Both the position numbers and the translations under genes were made by a program. Of a stretch of 64,000 bases of DNA, positions 38,101 to 44,920 are shown piece by piece; the stretch's first letter is position 1; the number at the start of each line of letters is the position of its first letter. The notes under the pieces are model-generated. The model did not search any database. It saw only the letters and a program-made list of their open reading frames with translations, and was not told where the DNA came from. The DNA is from a virus. The DNA is taken from IMG/VR virus record IMGVR_UViG_3300007513_000028, positions 5,674-69,673 of that record; one strand, given 5' to 3'.

Positions 38101-40838
38101 CGGTCGGCGGCGCATGGACAAAAGTTTACTTTAATATGTCATCTCTCCCTGAGTGGAATGACAGAACAATAACAGAAGTTCAACTTACTCCTTATTATAC
38201 TCTTGATACAGGTGACAAGTATCGAGTTGCAAATGTAACCATTTCAGCTTCGACAGTACCAGAAAGAAAAGAAATAGATGCATTAATGTTGAGTCCTGTT
38301 ATTCATTATGGTAATCAGGATGTATTCTGGGATGGATTCCAACTTGAAGATGTCACAGGAACAGACAGAAGAACACCAGGGCCTTTCCAATCACCAGATG
38401 ATGCAGGCCAAATTGATTTCTCTCGCGCAATTGCAGACGGCAAGACAGTCTACTTTGTCAGCAACGCATTCCACACCTCTGGTGATGACCATGCATATGG
38501 TCCGAACCCATCAACGACCGACAATGGCTTGACAAACCCAGAACCATACGGAGACAAGTGGATTAGTCTTTCGCCTCCATACAAGACCTATCTGTATTTC
38601 TCTAATGCAACAAATAAGATTGCACAGACAGCCTTCCATACGCCTACCACCTATGCCATTGCCAATTATGCAAACACGAACTGGCCCTTCGGAACGTCAA
38701 ATAATTCTACGGGTTGGTACGAATATCGAGACACAGGTGATGCTCTTTCCCAAGAAGGTCTGCAAGTCAAACTTCACATGGATTCTATTTTTCGAGTTCC
38801 AATTGGCGAGGCAATATGGACCGAAAACTCACTCACAAATCTCATTAATTCTCTTATTACACTTCGAGAAGACCATAATCAAGAGGCACCATATCTCGAT
38901 CTCGGAGACATCACAGCATTCGGAGAGACAAGAGAACTTTTCCTGAATTCTGTTCCGCCAAGAGATGCAAACCTTATGGGTCATTGGACATTCAATTCAT
39001 TTGGTGTGGATGACAATGGTGTACGATACCTTCCTGACGCGACTGGCCGAGGAAACCATGCACGGGTTGTCGGATATACTGCAAATCAGGCTGCATTCTC
39101 TGAACACGCACCCGGCGAAGGATTTGTGAATGTCTCTGGAAATCTTTCTTTGAATAATTTTTCAGGAACTATTGATACAGTACCTTCCAAAGAAGACGAC
39201 GGTCATATTGTTATTGCACAACATGGAGACAATTCTGTCACAAATCTACAGATTGATGGGCAACCTTATACTGCATTGAATATTGCAGACACGGCAACGT
39301 TCAATAAGGGGACGTTCTGTTTCTGGGTCAAGCCAGGAACACAAATTCAATCTGGCGGCTCCGGCGGCCATGGGATTTTTGGAAGACACCTTGCTGGTTG
39401 GGGAAGTTTGCGTATCGTTACCCAAGATTCTGGTGCCGCGCAACCCGATGCAAACAATGAGGTTTCTCTCGATTGGTTTTATCCTTCTCAATGGGACGAC
39501 CCTGCTAGTAATTGGGCAGGCCTGGCGTTAGCCAATCCCGATTCAAGTGATGCTGATTGGGTTCATCCTCCTGTTAATAATATAAATCGAGGATTTAAAC
39601 AGGATGAATGGCATTTTGTTGCATGGCAATGGGACTTTGATTCGACAGTAAGTGGAGAAAAGTATACGCGACTTTGGATATATCGTGATGGTGCAGGATT
39701 ATTGTATAATGGCTTAAAGACTGCAAATGATGATATGACCGCAAGCTATGATGCTGTTGAGTATATGGGGCTGGGAGACAGCTATGCATTGGTTCTGGGG
39801 GCCATGGGAACTGAGGTCAGCGTTGCCGAAGGCGGCCCGCTCGGAACAGAAGCCATGAGGTCTGGAAATCCCCGCGCAGTCGGGAACTACGACGAAGCCC
39901 GATTGTATTCAGAGGTTCTGTCTGCAAGAAATCTCCGATGGCTCTTTGAGACTCCTTCTGGGCGACCCGTTGCTGCTCCGAATCGACCTGGGATTGGTGT
40001 CAAGAAGGGGTATATTAATTTCTTTGAGAGTCCACCTACTGGTACTAATATGCCGTTTGCAGTATACACAAACAGCGTGGCATATTTCCACGGATTTGAC
40101 GTAGACGGAAACCCAGCCGATGTGAAACCATACATTTCGTTTAATGGAAATGTCAAGTATTTGGAAAAGGGGCATCTAAAGGTTGGAATTAGTTCTGAGG
40201 AAGCCGCCAGAGCGGTTCAAGGAAATACTGGATATGTAATGTATAATGATACTGCATATGTTGATGGTTATGATTCTACGGGCTCCTTTCCCTATCTCGA
40301 CCCAGATTCAAATTATGTTTTTGCAATGCCCATTGGAGCAAATTCAACACAACCTCACACATGGAAGTATCAACAGTTTTGGAACCTCCTCCCGGCAAGT
40401 CAGGAAAAACCAGGCTGGGAATATTTTACACCAAACGATAATAAAGATTTGGTTGTGGGTGAAATGAGACTTGCAAATTCTTCTGAAACAGGACTCCCCA
40501 CCGACGACCCGGCAGACAAGTGGCTCCAAATAGAATCCATCGAAGCCTATCAGATGGCTCGGAAACCGAGTGTGGTCCGAGAAGCCTACAACTTCAACAT
40601 CAGACCGGAAGATTTTGAAACTTTCCAAGACAACCACTTCTTTGCAAATGCACAATTCTGGACAACAGACAAGATGCACGGAACATACATTGCAGATGCA
40701 AGCATTGCAAATGCACAAATTCAATCATTGGCAGCCGACAAGATTGAGGCAGGTGTGATCGAAGCCAAGGTCACAGTCGGCGGAGAAGCCTCCATTGTCA
40801 TTGATGGTGTGAACAATCGAATCATTGTCAAAGATTAA
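23199..40838 (+). CDS. Giant (5879 aa) modular tail-fibre/adhesin protein
   Basis: Uninterrupted 17.6-kb ORF. It has an N-terminal RVGIGT.AP..KLHV.G fibre motif, repeated GD.W scaffold modules, jelly-roll and LamG-like passengers, and a C-terminal YIADASIANAQIQSLAADKI motif. Confidence 0.85.
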   Translation: MPKFDSPINIKTLKSRSSNSALVHLGDDNRVGIGTEAPETKLHVDGAITATGLVVPAGILSTSVDTAEFWGFNPKFDTWYFDELNFPVANGYIQTSGTDKVEKSSDSVLGSYSARWAQSIGSVWEREVEFPEPLYANVFVQGTYSYKFEYYGSGEPGLAITLTHREKANSDLSSVVGKTWASEYSNTFISPTFPLHTLGSWQTAAWRAHTPPNREITKLKIEIIASSALGQTYDSADAGIELSGGAGTATSIGGDDDYDWYLDGLAFNFMHPDARIDQEGRITGAYIAYAAIDDAHIKNMISSPAARVIAPASHPTSAGLYVDGLVANDDYAAGWSISKDGTIKGTDIKIYGPDGKVKISGSGINPFAEWAGRSLADLDSSASSYLYGLAFEESNSTGLMANVGFLATSGTDSDAIVSSAQSLYIANTVDGTASIGSALANGTIQYNGIASNAPPGSIFTGGKNVVKNQDAYILFLANTQKWDSDIGAQQKYHANTLLGEYGLYVLGTPTVGGWVYHPHANDTWYSIDSLQSGNRLHEDDFLVVGKIKTDISGNILSGVLQPPKSPDSITAPEALTSAPAINIPVGGILFADIHLNQWNHTANSGEVQLTNSRNNPNTEFTFIHPGTNDPNDSTLHTVNGAYGVLTSLEDFPGTRYITFVGADRTDEQVAAGTPSSRFTLQTGHSPDFVAAFPLGTPPRWYYNQDEGKFSTFTPTDRDCIVARVDANGSVGALTNIYRYAEREATTPEGGVISDVIINPPLGMASGGTLFADLHVNKEFKQSDNTTPANTGFVALVNTENNPRNRFFVIHPDNGYFWEVANTGRGVVTNLNNGVRTGGSNTGTRHIAFVGGTWPHEENRFPMAAGYENVSNDFIAVTKYHPDTGKIHPTSGVWYYDNGQNATTTFTVNANDFIIATLSSFNAQTDGIDQVTRWSGRAAQIEINGEMVTVDSIRNDLLGGIAHVLDYAETAANTAMDQAILAYDLAANASANATKSLGLLDNQNVIYFTEEGSAAPTSGTYGNAQSDVAWTYNDIWINTSIYGRHLDGSWSTNAIFRYANSGGGFDDSSATETSSGSTVGLAWRSDRTNPTGRAYIVGLEGRDLADRAQINFYVPRSAEVYPFYGPNVAVLSTGELNRNPEGDQWYDIFGNPPENHLYIYRTNTAFSNNSHYKVSTEDGFVSAAHKGYISTGLGAWAQTVHNTATSGLWDETTKPTGWWDFQDGAAGDATGLVDSERNARIAADQIIDDSAANALSRAADAQAAADREILAFFEIGAPTATSNGDVWIKTDTAIDSTGTKNLNSIFVSNTTSGIPGIGAGSDLFWNYGPNNAIGLMYLESYSSGVSGVFDRGTNIMPRGYSLFDAPLSDYDISLDPTQTNLPYPFFLVSHSSLSGTPKDTVISINTTSGWVGTNSLEVSGNSEVWARFTRQGLWTRGSYNYPAVHLPRGKKWILSWYAKSNNALQTRIAPALGLRDKDSPSANIVTVFNSTNGKGRLSANNEWERMWVYFDLTGANATHTDLDITEYDSELYGRGLVDGISSLAPADPSHILVGTGDSTPWSKPYAANLNSMMIRLDAVAVDSSGVKAGSTHNVHAWFDALQLEEVPDNVYAPSQFKEPSDGTAIVFGRKITDGKIVTHYYDSRDNGGQHGPIPNTTPTGLPNPQPHGDFWIDTGNNNIIFRYHQNDFNAIPTAQNIFWTSVTNGDGWYTTEDLRTGNALSTSYDALANAASARAAADREIFAFFETGSLNNSSPPVASGNGDIWIDTDSFATLNTSSIYVARAPGSGAWEQSPDSAIGQVYLEAWTAGETASRADSLAISAFGTSDLPFPVYPEANGIMGVGATGNVVFYKNSTQEFEPGTSTSAEGEFSAYNRGGVDFVGPTGKLWYPESGGYGIPETGAIHTRLEGAGGTGETTEARYIMYTNQSASVRFSSPAGMGSHDHFITVEWEPVSESWQAYDNSTGVFKFTPDAANGDFLVGKITRPTAVPEGIKTLESWVFKTLPVQTQNFTDGKIVTHFGTHYTVSGPDKGTWGPIPNTTPTGLANPQPHGDFWIDTSNNNIVFRYHQNDIDAAVPSAQVAFHYAATSASPDGWYSTEDLRTGNALSTSYSAVQAAATAQAAADREIQVFFDPSTTNSIPNASGNGDVWIQTDLAIKADGSANTGAIYRANTQNTGAHYIDLGANYMPRAYTTFEYPEDQYRRDSVSVKYPISEIDNYYGAPSWTGNISIDTTHSKFGGASIRHRMREESLHYHGFALGANWPPGTHPGADTEAQLNSYGGIKIPKGKKWIFSYWTYTDSDWYSSASDPFDGQEVSIWLRNTETPTANLASVRYARANITAKNKWERQSAVLDLRYTSTIPGEGLQVPTNLHGTGLPNFTLLSTVYTAEGTASGGAAATPIAWNDVDEIVPRLTIADGVSSSSSVRTSIHSGNTIWYDGFMLEEDTSGTNANTPSDDVHYWHPAPNNGIGTTYLLGYANNDYTRALADGKIVNHYGPNYGSNPYFGPDPEFTPKDRLDNPSPHGDRWVNTSNNNIEFVYNQNNSNYTAQTIVWHPGSPFTFNELSDRSAWYSTEDDRVANALASSYNANAAALAAQGRADDAYSSAAVAQAAADREILAFFALLSNVPAASGNGDIWVVTDYPVNLDGTPNVASLYISNTLSTSPPAIQDSVTATQYWNPAPENAIGLSYLESFAAGVSGAYQRGDNIISRGYSTFDDPADYDIFRGHEPGVGKVSRTGQEPYPMTVEGGGGIAENGLANVTIDTTRSPSEIPGGNSLRIRSPLTPSGLEVTFANVNYYDDTTSAAHNGTWAIKIPTGRRWVFSYYVSGDNDTLATGAHNPYIIQLNLKDTQNPNANVAYLRSNEAKSIHPDIDEANVWVRRSTVIDFTDTEHDMGWKDGDVPWAPAGGNGKGHYHPTLGYDAPGNGWLVYGAGPDVGDAPYEPLYAANVDSMVIHLGPRWGEQAEGFRRAVGNTMWFSGFQLEEVASDIVTPSEFKRPTDRTDIIFGRQITDGKILTRYETHYPDDLSGTHWGPNPTITPKQGLPNPEPHGDSWHNTSNNNLIFRYHQNTSDNSAQTMFWTASTDPEAPSGWYSTEDPRTIIGVNANTTAHEALANAATAQAAADREIQSFFAVHTPAQTASGNGDVWIQIDNVLKSDGTANTGSIFVWNDAIPEWQQRPESAIGRGFLKTFTEGIGSNWMSKAFSTFDEDPNDYNHQITYLNRPDRNTAGANPDWHNEHPGAPYQFYGWQHNTHTTNTTYGYGDSGSLVVTTNNVLGGTFGSEDDPWTDWYESHLYIGAGTFDHPVYFTDPYNYIRVPKGKKWIYSFYIRTDFATPTTAPGGKFYLQDFIVRNSENKKANAVYMNSFEMAPVGTGAVPSRWIPVTDAAASGWERVSGVLDLSSESFVVGSQIDKDNHTAAGIFEDNGATAAKIKYNEVDELRFHSYTGSLVGNTIWISAAQLEEVAGERINPSPFQEPSSKSQLDFARAIADGKIVTHYEPNSGNPNYLGPDPSTFPKSGEPNVTPFGDLWVDVANNNIVFRYHQNTSNYTSRKVYHANTAPHNHADESGWYSTEDLRTPDAAAIIGDDSTPGTLVYDTQKALADAAKAATAADAELFVFFETSSNTDMIDDRFGYGSSTGPATGNGDIWIHTDFATNPDGTPNNQAIYFANLSTDAAGPGVVRIGTTGWTQSPDNAIGRGFIEQFASVGVKNWMHSGYSLFDEPIDDYDIPDTSSGTRAYGGFTTRPWPMGRVHNASLLEIDTSGGANAYIGSTSLKYTHGASGGGQESTVGLANTYNPVSLGPWPAKYAIEIPKGKRWIFSSYAKSNDASAEFRLRVYGANISHRTTFVGTYDANGVSLGTSGAYKTVSAADTWDRISGVLDLSTSTNDLDQIDQLVIVLNTKHSTTQVRENWFDAIQLEEAPGARILPGQFSDPDRQISDDFARALSDGKILTHYEPAIDNLKAWWMMDAANTSGWIANEVNPGTYDAVWTENATQNTFVGDTIFGAGKSADLLNTAGIGLLEDDDVNTLNETTYTIWFKPTGQNQDTGARIITRDVSSFWGLYFSGNWSASAQTGDVLPVIFNIASSVSDTMSAGVKFGVWNFFAITLDYNTKVAKSYSYNEIDGFVVESPSLTIPSTATPSNDPDLTDEGSPFHIRSVKLGINSESPAAKIIENPTSRIHGRYDHVRFYDKVLSKPDIDAIFNIRTRTRKQPDAELYPYWYSNNVVYGPDPEFTPQKRLPNPAPHGDYWYDSSDFNRPFRYNQNTSNKVAQTAYYSTIAYQEEKLGYEPSGWFTTGDGTAEISADSIGDVGRDVAESLENIRRLNPLVDHEIKIFFETEGTTHFANALGTHTTAAYGDIWINTSDYNANGYTGGLVSNAIFRWQNSLGLSTDDTRTEASSGATQGLAWRSAEDDAFGQIYLSASYASNAADRLVAVYSGSGTAEASAWYGPNVAFTMTGIRNPNPDGDLWYDTGNNNIAHVFNKVNGTWPEFAQTVHSDASSMVSEGWYRLEDLRAASADRAREIALATGTDRHAQIFTSTTAPTTSTGNGDIWVDTSDILNSDGTANYDAIYIANTKDPTSIPANDGRGWTVEPNSGLGRSHLERLMGESGRNWMPAAISLWNSPSVDYQILHASTTWHTNPLPPEPLHRFHSYVVLRTPRPHTYYNTSGGLSSTDGIAGVGNTARIEIISDTNVGPTGNSYISGKAFRTYTGNTIDSDGNSHETDYLLSWFANAAASEESAWESPAVIDIPRGRDWILSYYTKSYSYPAISPAGNRTGELRVYAKKKYDDDGSANTWHTARDGGLGFDVSAPPYPTQGEWVRRHSFLNFSRDGQEGGRYGTNYSIKEGSEVYNGVFEGADGGLATVGATVDITNPEYVEYTAEADGFRPTHTLDSGDFAQFAGVDGGLVTANVQSVVDHNMPGVQSITFGRINWKTTVDTTMGGADGKQTDIRWSGTPAVGGAWTKVYFNMSSLPEWNDRTITEVQLTPYYTLDTGDKYRVANVTISASTVPERKEIDALMLSPVIHYGNQDVFWDGFQLEDVTGTDRRTPGPFQSPDDAGQIDFSRAIADGKTVYFVSNAFHTSGDDHAYGPNPSTTDNGLTNPEPYGDKWISLSPPYKTYLYFSNATNKIAQTAFHTPTTYAIANYANTNWPFGTSNNSTGWYEYRDTGDALSQEGLQVKLHMDSIFRVPIGEAIWTENSLTNLINSLITLREDHNQEAPYLDLGDITAFGETRELFLNSVPPRDANLMGHWTFNSFGVDDNGVRYLPDATGRGNHARVVGYTANQAAFSEHAPGEGFVNVSGNLSLNNFSGTIDTVPSKEDDGHIVIAQHGDNSVTNLQIDGQPYTALNIADTATFNKGTFCFWVKPGTQIQSGGSGGHGIFGRHLAGWGSLRIVTQDSGAAQPDANNEVSLDWFYPSQWDDPASNWAGLALANPDSSDADWVHPPVNNINRGFKQDEWHFVAWQWDFDSTVSGEKYTRLWIYRDGAGLLYNGLKTANDDMTASYDAVEYMGLGDSYALVLGAMGTEVSVAEGGPLGTEAMRSGNPRAVGNYDEARLYSEVLSARNLRWLFETPSGRPVAAPNRPGIGVKKGYINFFESPPTGTNMPFAVYTNSVAYFHGFDVDGNPADVKPYISFNGNVKYLEKGHLKVGISSEEAARAVQGNTGYVMYNDTAYVDGYDSTGSFPYLDPDSNYVFAMPIGANSTQPHTWKYQQFWNLLPASQEKPGWEYFTPNDNKDLVVGEMRLANSSETGLPTDDPADKWLQIESIEAYQMARKPSVVREAYNFNIRPEDFETFQDNHFFANAQFWTTDKMHGTYIADASIANAQIQSLAADKIEAGVIEAKVTVGGEASIVIDGVNNRIIVKD
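26190..38750 (+). repeat. Alternating internal scaffold repeats A (AADREI.AFF..GNGD.W) and B (DGKI.THY..P.PHGD.W..NNNI.FRY.QN..GWY.TEDLR)
   Basis: A-type near 26991, 28407, 29568, 31038, 32574, 34044, 36204 and 36813. B-type near 28092, 29232, 30660, 32235, 33678, 35055 and 38436. Confidence 0.9.
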
Positions 40839-40858
40839 TTGGAGACATATATAATATT

Positions 40859-43585
40859 ATGGCAGACAGAGTATTACTTGGAAAGAATACAAATACCGGG
40901 GAGGTAGGGCTTTGGGTTTCAAAACCCGGAGCCAATGTTATTCATTTGGCCGGAAATTCCTATATGGAATCCCTTGGAAATTGGTATGGGTATCAGAAAG
41001 AATTTGATGATTCTCCTGAGACTGCATGGACATTTTATACTTCGGGAACAGGGGATGATGGAATGACTGATGTGGGGGTCAATGGATATGCATATGACCC
41101 AGGAGATCCTGTTGGCCATTCCAACTCTCTCCGCTGGCGATGGCGTTCAGTAAGTCATGCTACTGCAAATACAAGAGTTCCACAAATAAAAAGAAGTAAA
41201 AACAATACGTTTTTAGTATCTCCAACCGGATACAGTACACGATTATATACAGAAGATTTATTTATTCAAGATACTGCTCCGTCAAGTTTATCTGGATTAG
41301 GTTATTTTGCTGGCCCTGATTCTTTTTCAGGAACAGTTCATAATGTAATTGAAATGAAAATTAGAAGAAATATGAATCACCCAGCCCCGCCGCCGTCAAA
41401 TACAAGCGATTTTAGATTTTATTTTATATCCACTCCAGTAGCAGGATGCCCGGTGACGGGAGGGTCTACTCCGCTTGCCACATTTGCAAACAATGTTGTT
41501 GGGTCCGATGGGAGTGTCTACGGTCATCCTGTTTTTTGGGCTCGAAAAAATGGCGGGGTAACTACTCAACAAAAAAATAATTATTCTGGATTTCAATTTG
41601 AATATCCTACGGGCGTCTATGCCGACACATATAATACTGGGGGAATTTGGTTTGTAGAGGCAGGCGTCACTAGCCCAGACGGAACCGGCCAAGGTATTGT
41701 TTACCCGACAGGAAAGTCATCTTCCGCAGAAAATAAATGGGATACTTTGCTTCCAGATGGGGAATGGCATATTTTAGAATGGGATATGAGTGAAGATAAA
41801 ATATGGTCTGACCCATACGGGCACATGGAAGATTGGATAGAGACAGCAAAAGCATATAATGCAGATACTTCTCCTACTGGAATAAGGCGAGAAAATCCAG
41901 AAGTTCCATATAATGAACCGCATTTAAATGATGGCCGCCGACCTTACTCTTCTGACTATAATATATCTCGGCTGATGTTTCTTCCTTTGTCGGGTATTAC
42001 TTGGAACCCAGATTGGGCAGCCTTGGACGAAGACCCAGCCAACCCTCCTTGGTTATTTGAAATTGATTATGTCCGCGTCAAAAAAAAGGGAGTTCCAAAT
42101 GATGTAGGAAAATATGGAAGCGTAAAAGATTCCTTGGTATTTTCCTCTGATTGGCAAGAAACTGGCCTTGTGCATCAGGAAGGAACCGTGACCATTGGCA
42201 CCCAAAAGGCAAACATTGACGGGACCACATCTCCAAAAAGTTTTGATAAAGCTGACCACACATCCACTCTTTCTAATGGGCTAATTACCTTTCCAAAACT
42301 TCCATACATACCTGTTGTATTATTTCAAAGATATGATGCAGCATCTGGCGGCGGAGAGACTGCAAATTCATATCCAGGGGGCGAGCAAGAATTTTCCATT
42401 GCAACAACCAAATGGGAAGACCATTTATATCCAACCATAAGCACAGACCCAAGAGGAGTTAACAAAGGTTGGGATATTAATTTGAAAACAGCGTCTGGAG
42501 TTACAGCCCAGCCCTGGTGGGGGACAATAAGTCAATTTCTTCCCTCTGAGTTCGGCGGCATCGGAGCCCCCCTCGACATTACAGATTATTCACATTACAA
42601 TCAATATGCAGACGATGGTTCTGAGATTTTTCCTTCTGTAACAGAATCTCTTCCGTGGAACGATACGCCAATCCCTGCTCCTTCTTATCGCGCCGGAAAT
42701 ACTTTTTCTTCTGACCATGCATTTTATTTTTCGGAAATGCGAACGTTTGCATATGCGCGGGCAGGAAAAGATCGTTTTTATTTGACTTGTAGAAATGCAA
42801 TTGCCCAAGAGGGCACCGAATCTTTATGGAATTTATCTCCGACACTCCCCGAAGCGGCAACAGCAAACCAAGGGGCGGCCGCATTCAATAGTTCATCCAT
42901 GAGGGAGTCATATGGAAATTGGGGAATGTTTCATCCTGCGCTTATTCTGTTTAATACTGATGGCACATGGAAACATTTTTCTGAGGGCCTGACATTAAAA
43001 CCGAGTGTCACAGACACTAATGCAAATACTTTTTTGATAGACCTAGAGGGGACCGAGGCTGGAACTGATTATTCTCAATTTAAATGGTGGTTAAATTATT
43101 CGGGGTATCCTTTTGTGTATGATGGAAGTATTGCAAGACCGTCCGACCCGATACCGACAGACAAAGCAGCATTTAAAGACAGGGCTGCCAATGGATCATA
43201 CTATGGAGATACTGGAGGATTTTATCCATATAGATACCATAAACTGCCAAGCGAGGTGGAGTTTTCAGGGCAACTTTCCTTGTCTCAATACTCAGTCAAA
43301 CGGCTGTCCTCTCCTGGGATATTTCATCCAGAAGGAGTGGTTCCAAAAAGCAGCCCGGCATTTAATAACAGAAATGCCGCCGATGGCCTGACTCTGCATG
43401 ATCCAATATACAACCAAACAAGTTATATTGGGGGATCTGGGAACAAGGTGTCAATTGGTGGGGCTGGTGATGCCTTTCCCACCTTTGATCCCGCCAATGC
43501 AAATCCTCCAGTATACAAATATTGGGTTTTGCGAATTCCGGCATCAATTCAAGGATATACTCCCAATGAGAGTCAGGGAGGATAA
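40859..43585 (+). CDS. Putative fibre-tip/adaptor protein 1 (DRVLLGK family)
   Basis: MADRVLLGK...GLWVSKPGANV, paralogous to the next two genes; GGAG Shine-Dalgarno. Confidence 0.7.
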   Translation: MADRVLLGKNTNTGEVGLWVSKPGANVIHLAGNSYMESLGNWYGYQKEFDDSPETAWTFYTSGTGDDGMTDVGVNGYAYDPGDPVGHSNSLRWRWRSVSHATANTRVPQIKRSKNNTFLVSPTGYSTRLYTEDLFIQDTAPSSLSGLGYFAGPDSFSGTVHNVIEMKIRRNMNHPAPPPSNTSDFRFYFISTPVAGCPVTGGSTPLATFANNVVGSDGSVYGHPVFWARKNGGVTTQQKNNYSGFQFEYPTGVYADTYNTGGIWFVEAGVTSPDGTGQGIVYPTGKSSSAENKWDTLLPDGEWHILEWDMSEDKIWSDPYGHMEDWIETAKAYNADTSPTGIRRENPEVPYNEPHLNDGRRPYSSDYNISRLMFLPLSGITWNPDWAALDEDPANPPWLFEIDYVRVKKKGVPNDVGKYGSVKDSLVFSSDWQETGLVHQEGTVTIGTQKANIDGTTSPKSFDKADHTSTLSNGLITFPKLPYIPVVLFQRYDAASGGGETANSYPGGEQEFSIATTKWEDHLYPTISTDPRGVNKGWDINLKTASGVTAQPWWGTISQFLPSEFGGIGAPLDITDYSHYNQYADDGSEIFPSVTESLPWNDTPIPAPSYRAGNTFSSDHAFYFSEMRTFAYARAGKDRFYLTCRNAIAQEGTESLWNLSPTLPEAATANQGAAAFNSSSMRESYGNWGMFHPALILFNTDGTWKHFSEGLTLKPSVTDTNANTFLIDLEGTEAGTDYSQFKWWLNYSGYPFVYDGSIARPSDPIPTDKAAFKDRAANGSYYGDTGGFYPYRYHKLPSEVEFSGQLSLSQYSVKRLSSPGIFHPEGVVPKSSPAFNNRNAADGLTLHDPIYNQTSYIGGSGNKVSIGGAGDAFPTFDPANANPPVYKYWVLRIPASIQGYTPNESQGG

Positions 43586-43591
43586 TCTCAC

Positions 43592-44914
43592 ATGGACAGA
43601 GTCCTCCTGGGAAAAAATTTGACAATGGAATATGAATACGGTTATCGAGAAGAATTTACTCCTACGGGATCAGGAACCTCAAGTTTTGAAATGTATGATC
43701 CCGGAGTTGGTGATGCAAGCTCACTTACCAATTACGGCCCAGGGTTTTTATCGTGGACGACCGGAGCAAAGTTTAAAAGAAGTGGAACAGATACTTTATT
43801 ATATACTGGAAACTATGGTGGGTTAATTTTTTCTACCCCTGCCTTTGTTGACCCACAGTCTGTACCTTGGGGGTCTGCTCCATCTTCTGATGCAATTAAT
43901 CCAAACCTATATCCAATTGTTGAAATGCGACTTCGACGACTTCAGACTTCTGGAAATTATCCAGCCGATGCCGCCGGAGGATTCAAATGTTTTTTTGTTG
44001 CAAAAAATCAAAACCAGACGGGTTTCTCCACAGGCTCTCCGACATTTTATGTTCAATGGAATTGGCCTGTTCATCTTTCTTCGGTCGATGACGATTATTC
44101 CACATATAATTCAACTTCGGTTAATTGGAAGACGGTTTTCCCTGACTCAGAGGTGGCTGCCGGACCAAGTGATTATAAAATTTTGAGATGGGATATGGAT
44201 AAAAATTCTAATATAACAAAAAATTGGAATGCATTGGGGAACAATAGTAGAGTCATTGTGGTACGGTTTGATTTTCATACATCCGGCGCAACAGGATCTG
44301 GTTGGGTTCCAGAAAGCGAACCCATGTGGGAAATTGATTATGTCGGGGCCAGGGCGCGAGAATATTTGAATTTTAGTAAATATTTTTATAGGTCGGGCAA
44401 GACTGGGCTTTTTATTTCAAAACCCGGAGCCAATGTCATGTCATGTTCTGATGGAGATTTAATTTTTGATTCTAGTGCAGATGCATACATGCAGACACTT
44501 CAGACAGGATTTGTCAATGTTCCCCCCGCGCCCGACAGAAATACACCCAAAACAGTTGCAGTTCATACAGGAGTAAGAACTCCGGGAAATACCGGAACAG
44601 CCGTGGTTCATTGGAACGTCATGCTGCCATCATCAAACGTTCATGATAAATTTTTTTCATCTAGTTATGGCACCGCCTCGTCGGAGTGTCAGGTCGTGAC
44701 TAATAATCCATTTGTGAATTTAGATTATATTAATTTAGAAGGCCCATTAAAAACTGGATTGGTTCCTGGGTTTGGTCTTTCGGCGCGAACCTCTGCAAAT
44801 ACCGATAACCATCCAGGCTCTGCAAATACTATTGATATATACTTTACCAATGGTTCTCCAAATAAGAATCAACTTTTGGCTTGGACATTATTCAAAGAGA
44901 GGGGTGACACCTAA
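43592..44914 (+). CDS. Putative fibre-tip/adaptor protein 2 (DRVLLGK family)
   Basis: MDRVLLGK, then an insert, then GLFISKPGANV..LIFDSS; GGAGG Shine-Dalgarno. Confidence 0.7.
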   Translation: MDRVLLGKNLTMEYEYGYREEFTPTGSGTSSFEMYDPGVGDASSLTNYGPGFLSWTTGAKFKRSGTDTLLYTGNYGGLIFSTPAFVDPQSVPWGSAPSSDAINPNLYPIVEMRLRRLQTSGNYPADAAGGFKCFFVAKNQNQTGFSTGSPTFYVQWNWPVHLSSVDDDYSTYNSTSVNWKTVFPDSEVAAGPSDYKILRWDMDKNSNITKNWNALGNNSRVIVVRFDFHTSGATGSGWVPESEPMWEIDYVGARAREYLNFSKYFYRSGKTGLFISKPGANVMSCSDGDLIFDSSADAYMQTLQTGFVNVPPAPDRNTPKTVAVHTGVRTPGNTGTAVVHWNVMLPSSNVHDKFFSSSYGTASSECQVVTNNPFVNLDYINLEGPLKTGLVPGFGLSARTSANTDNHPGSANTIDIYFTNGSPNKNQLLAWTLFKERGDT

Positions 44915-44920
44915 AAAATT

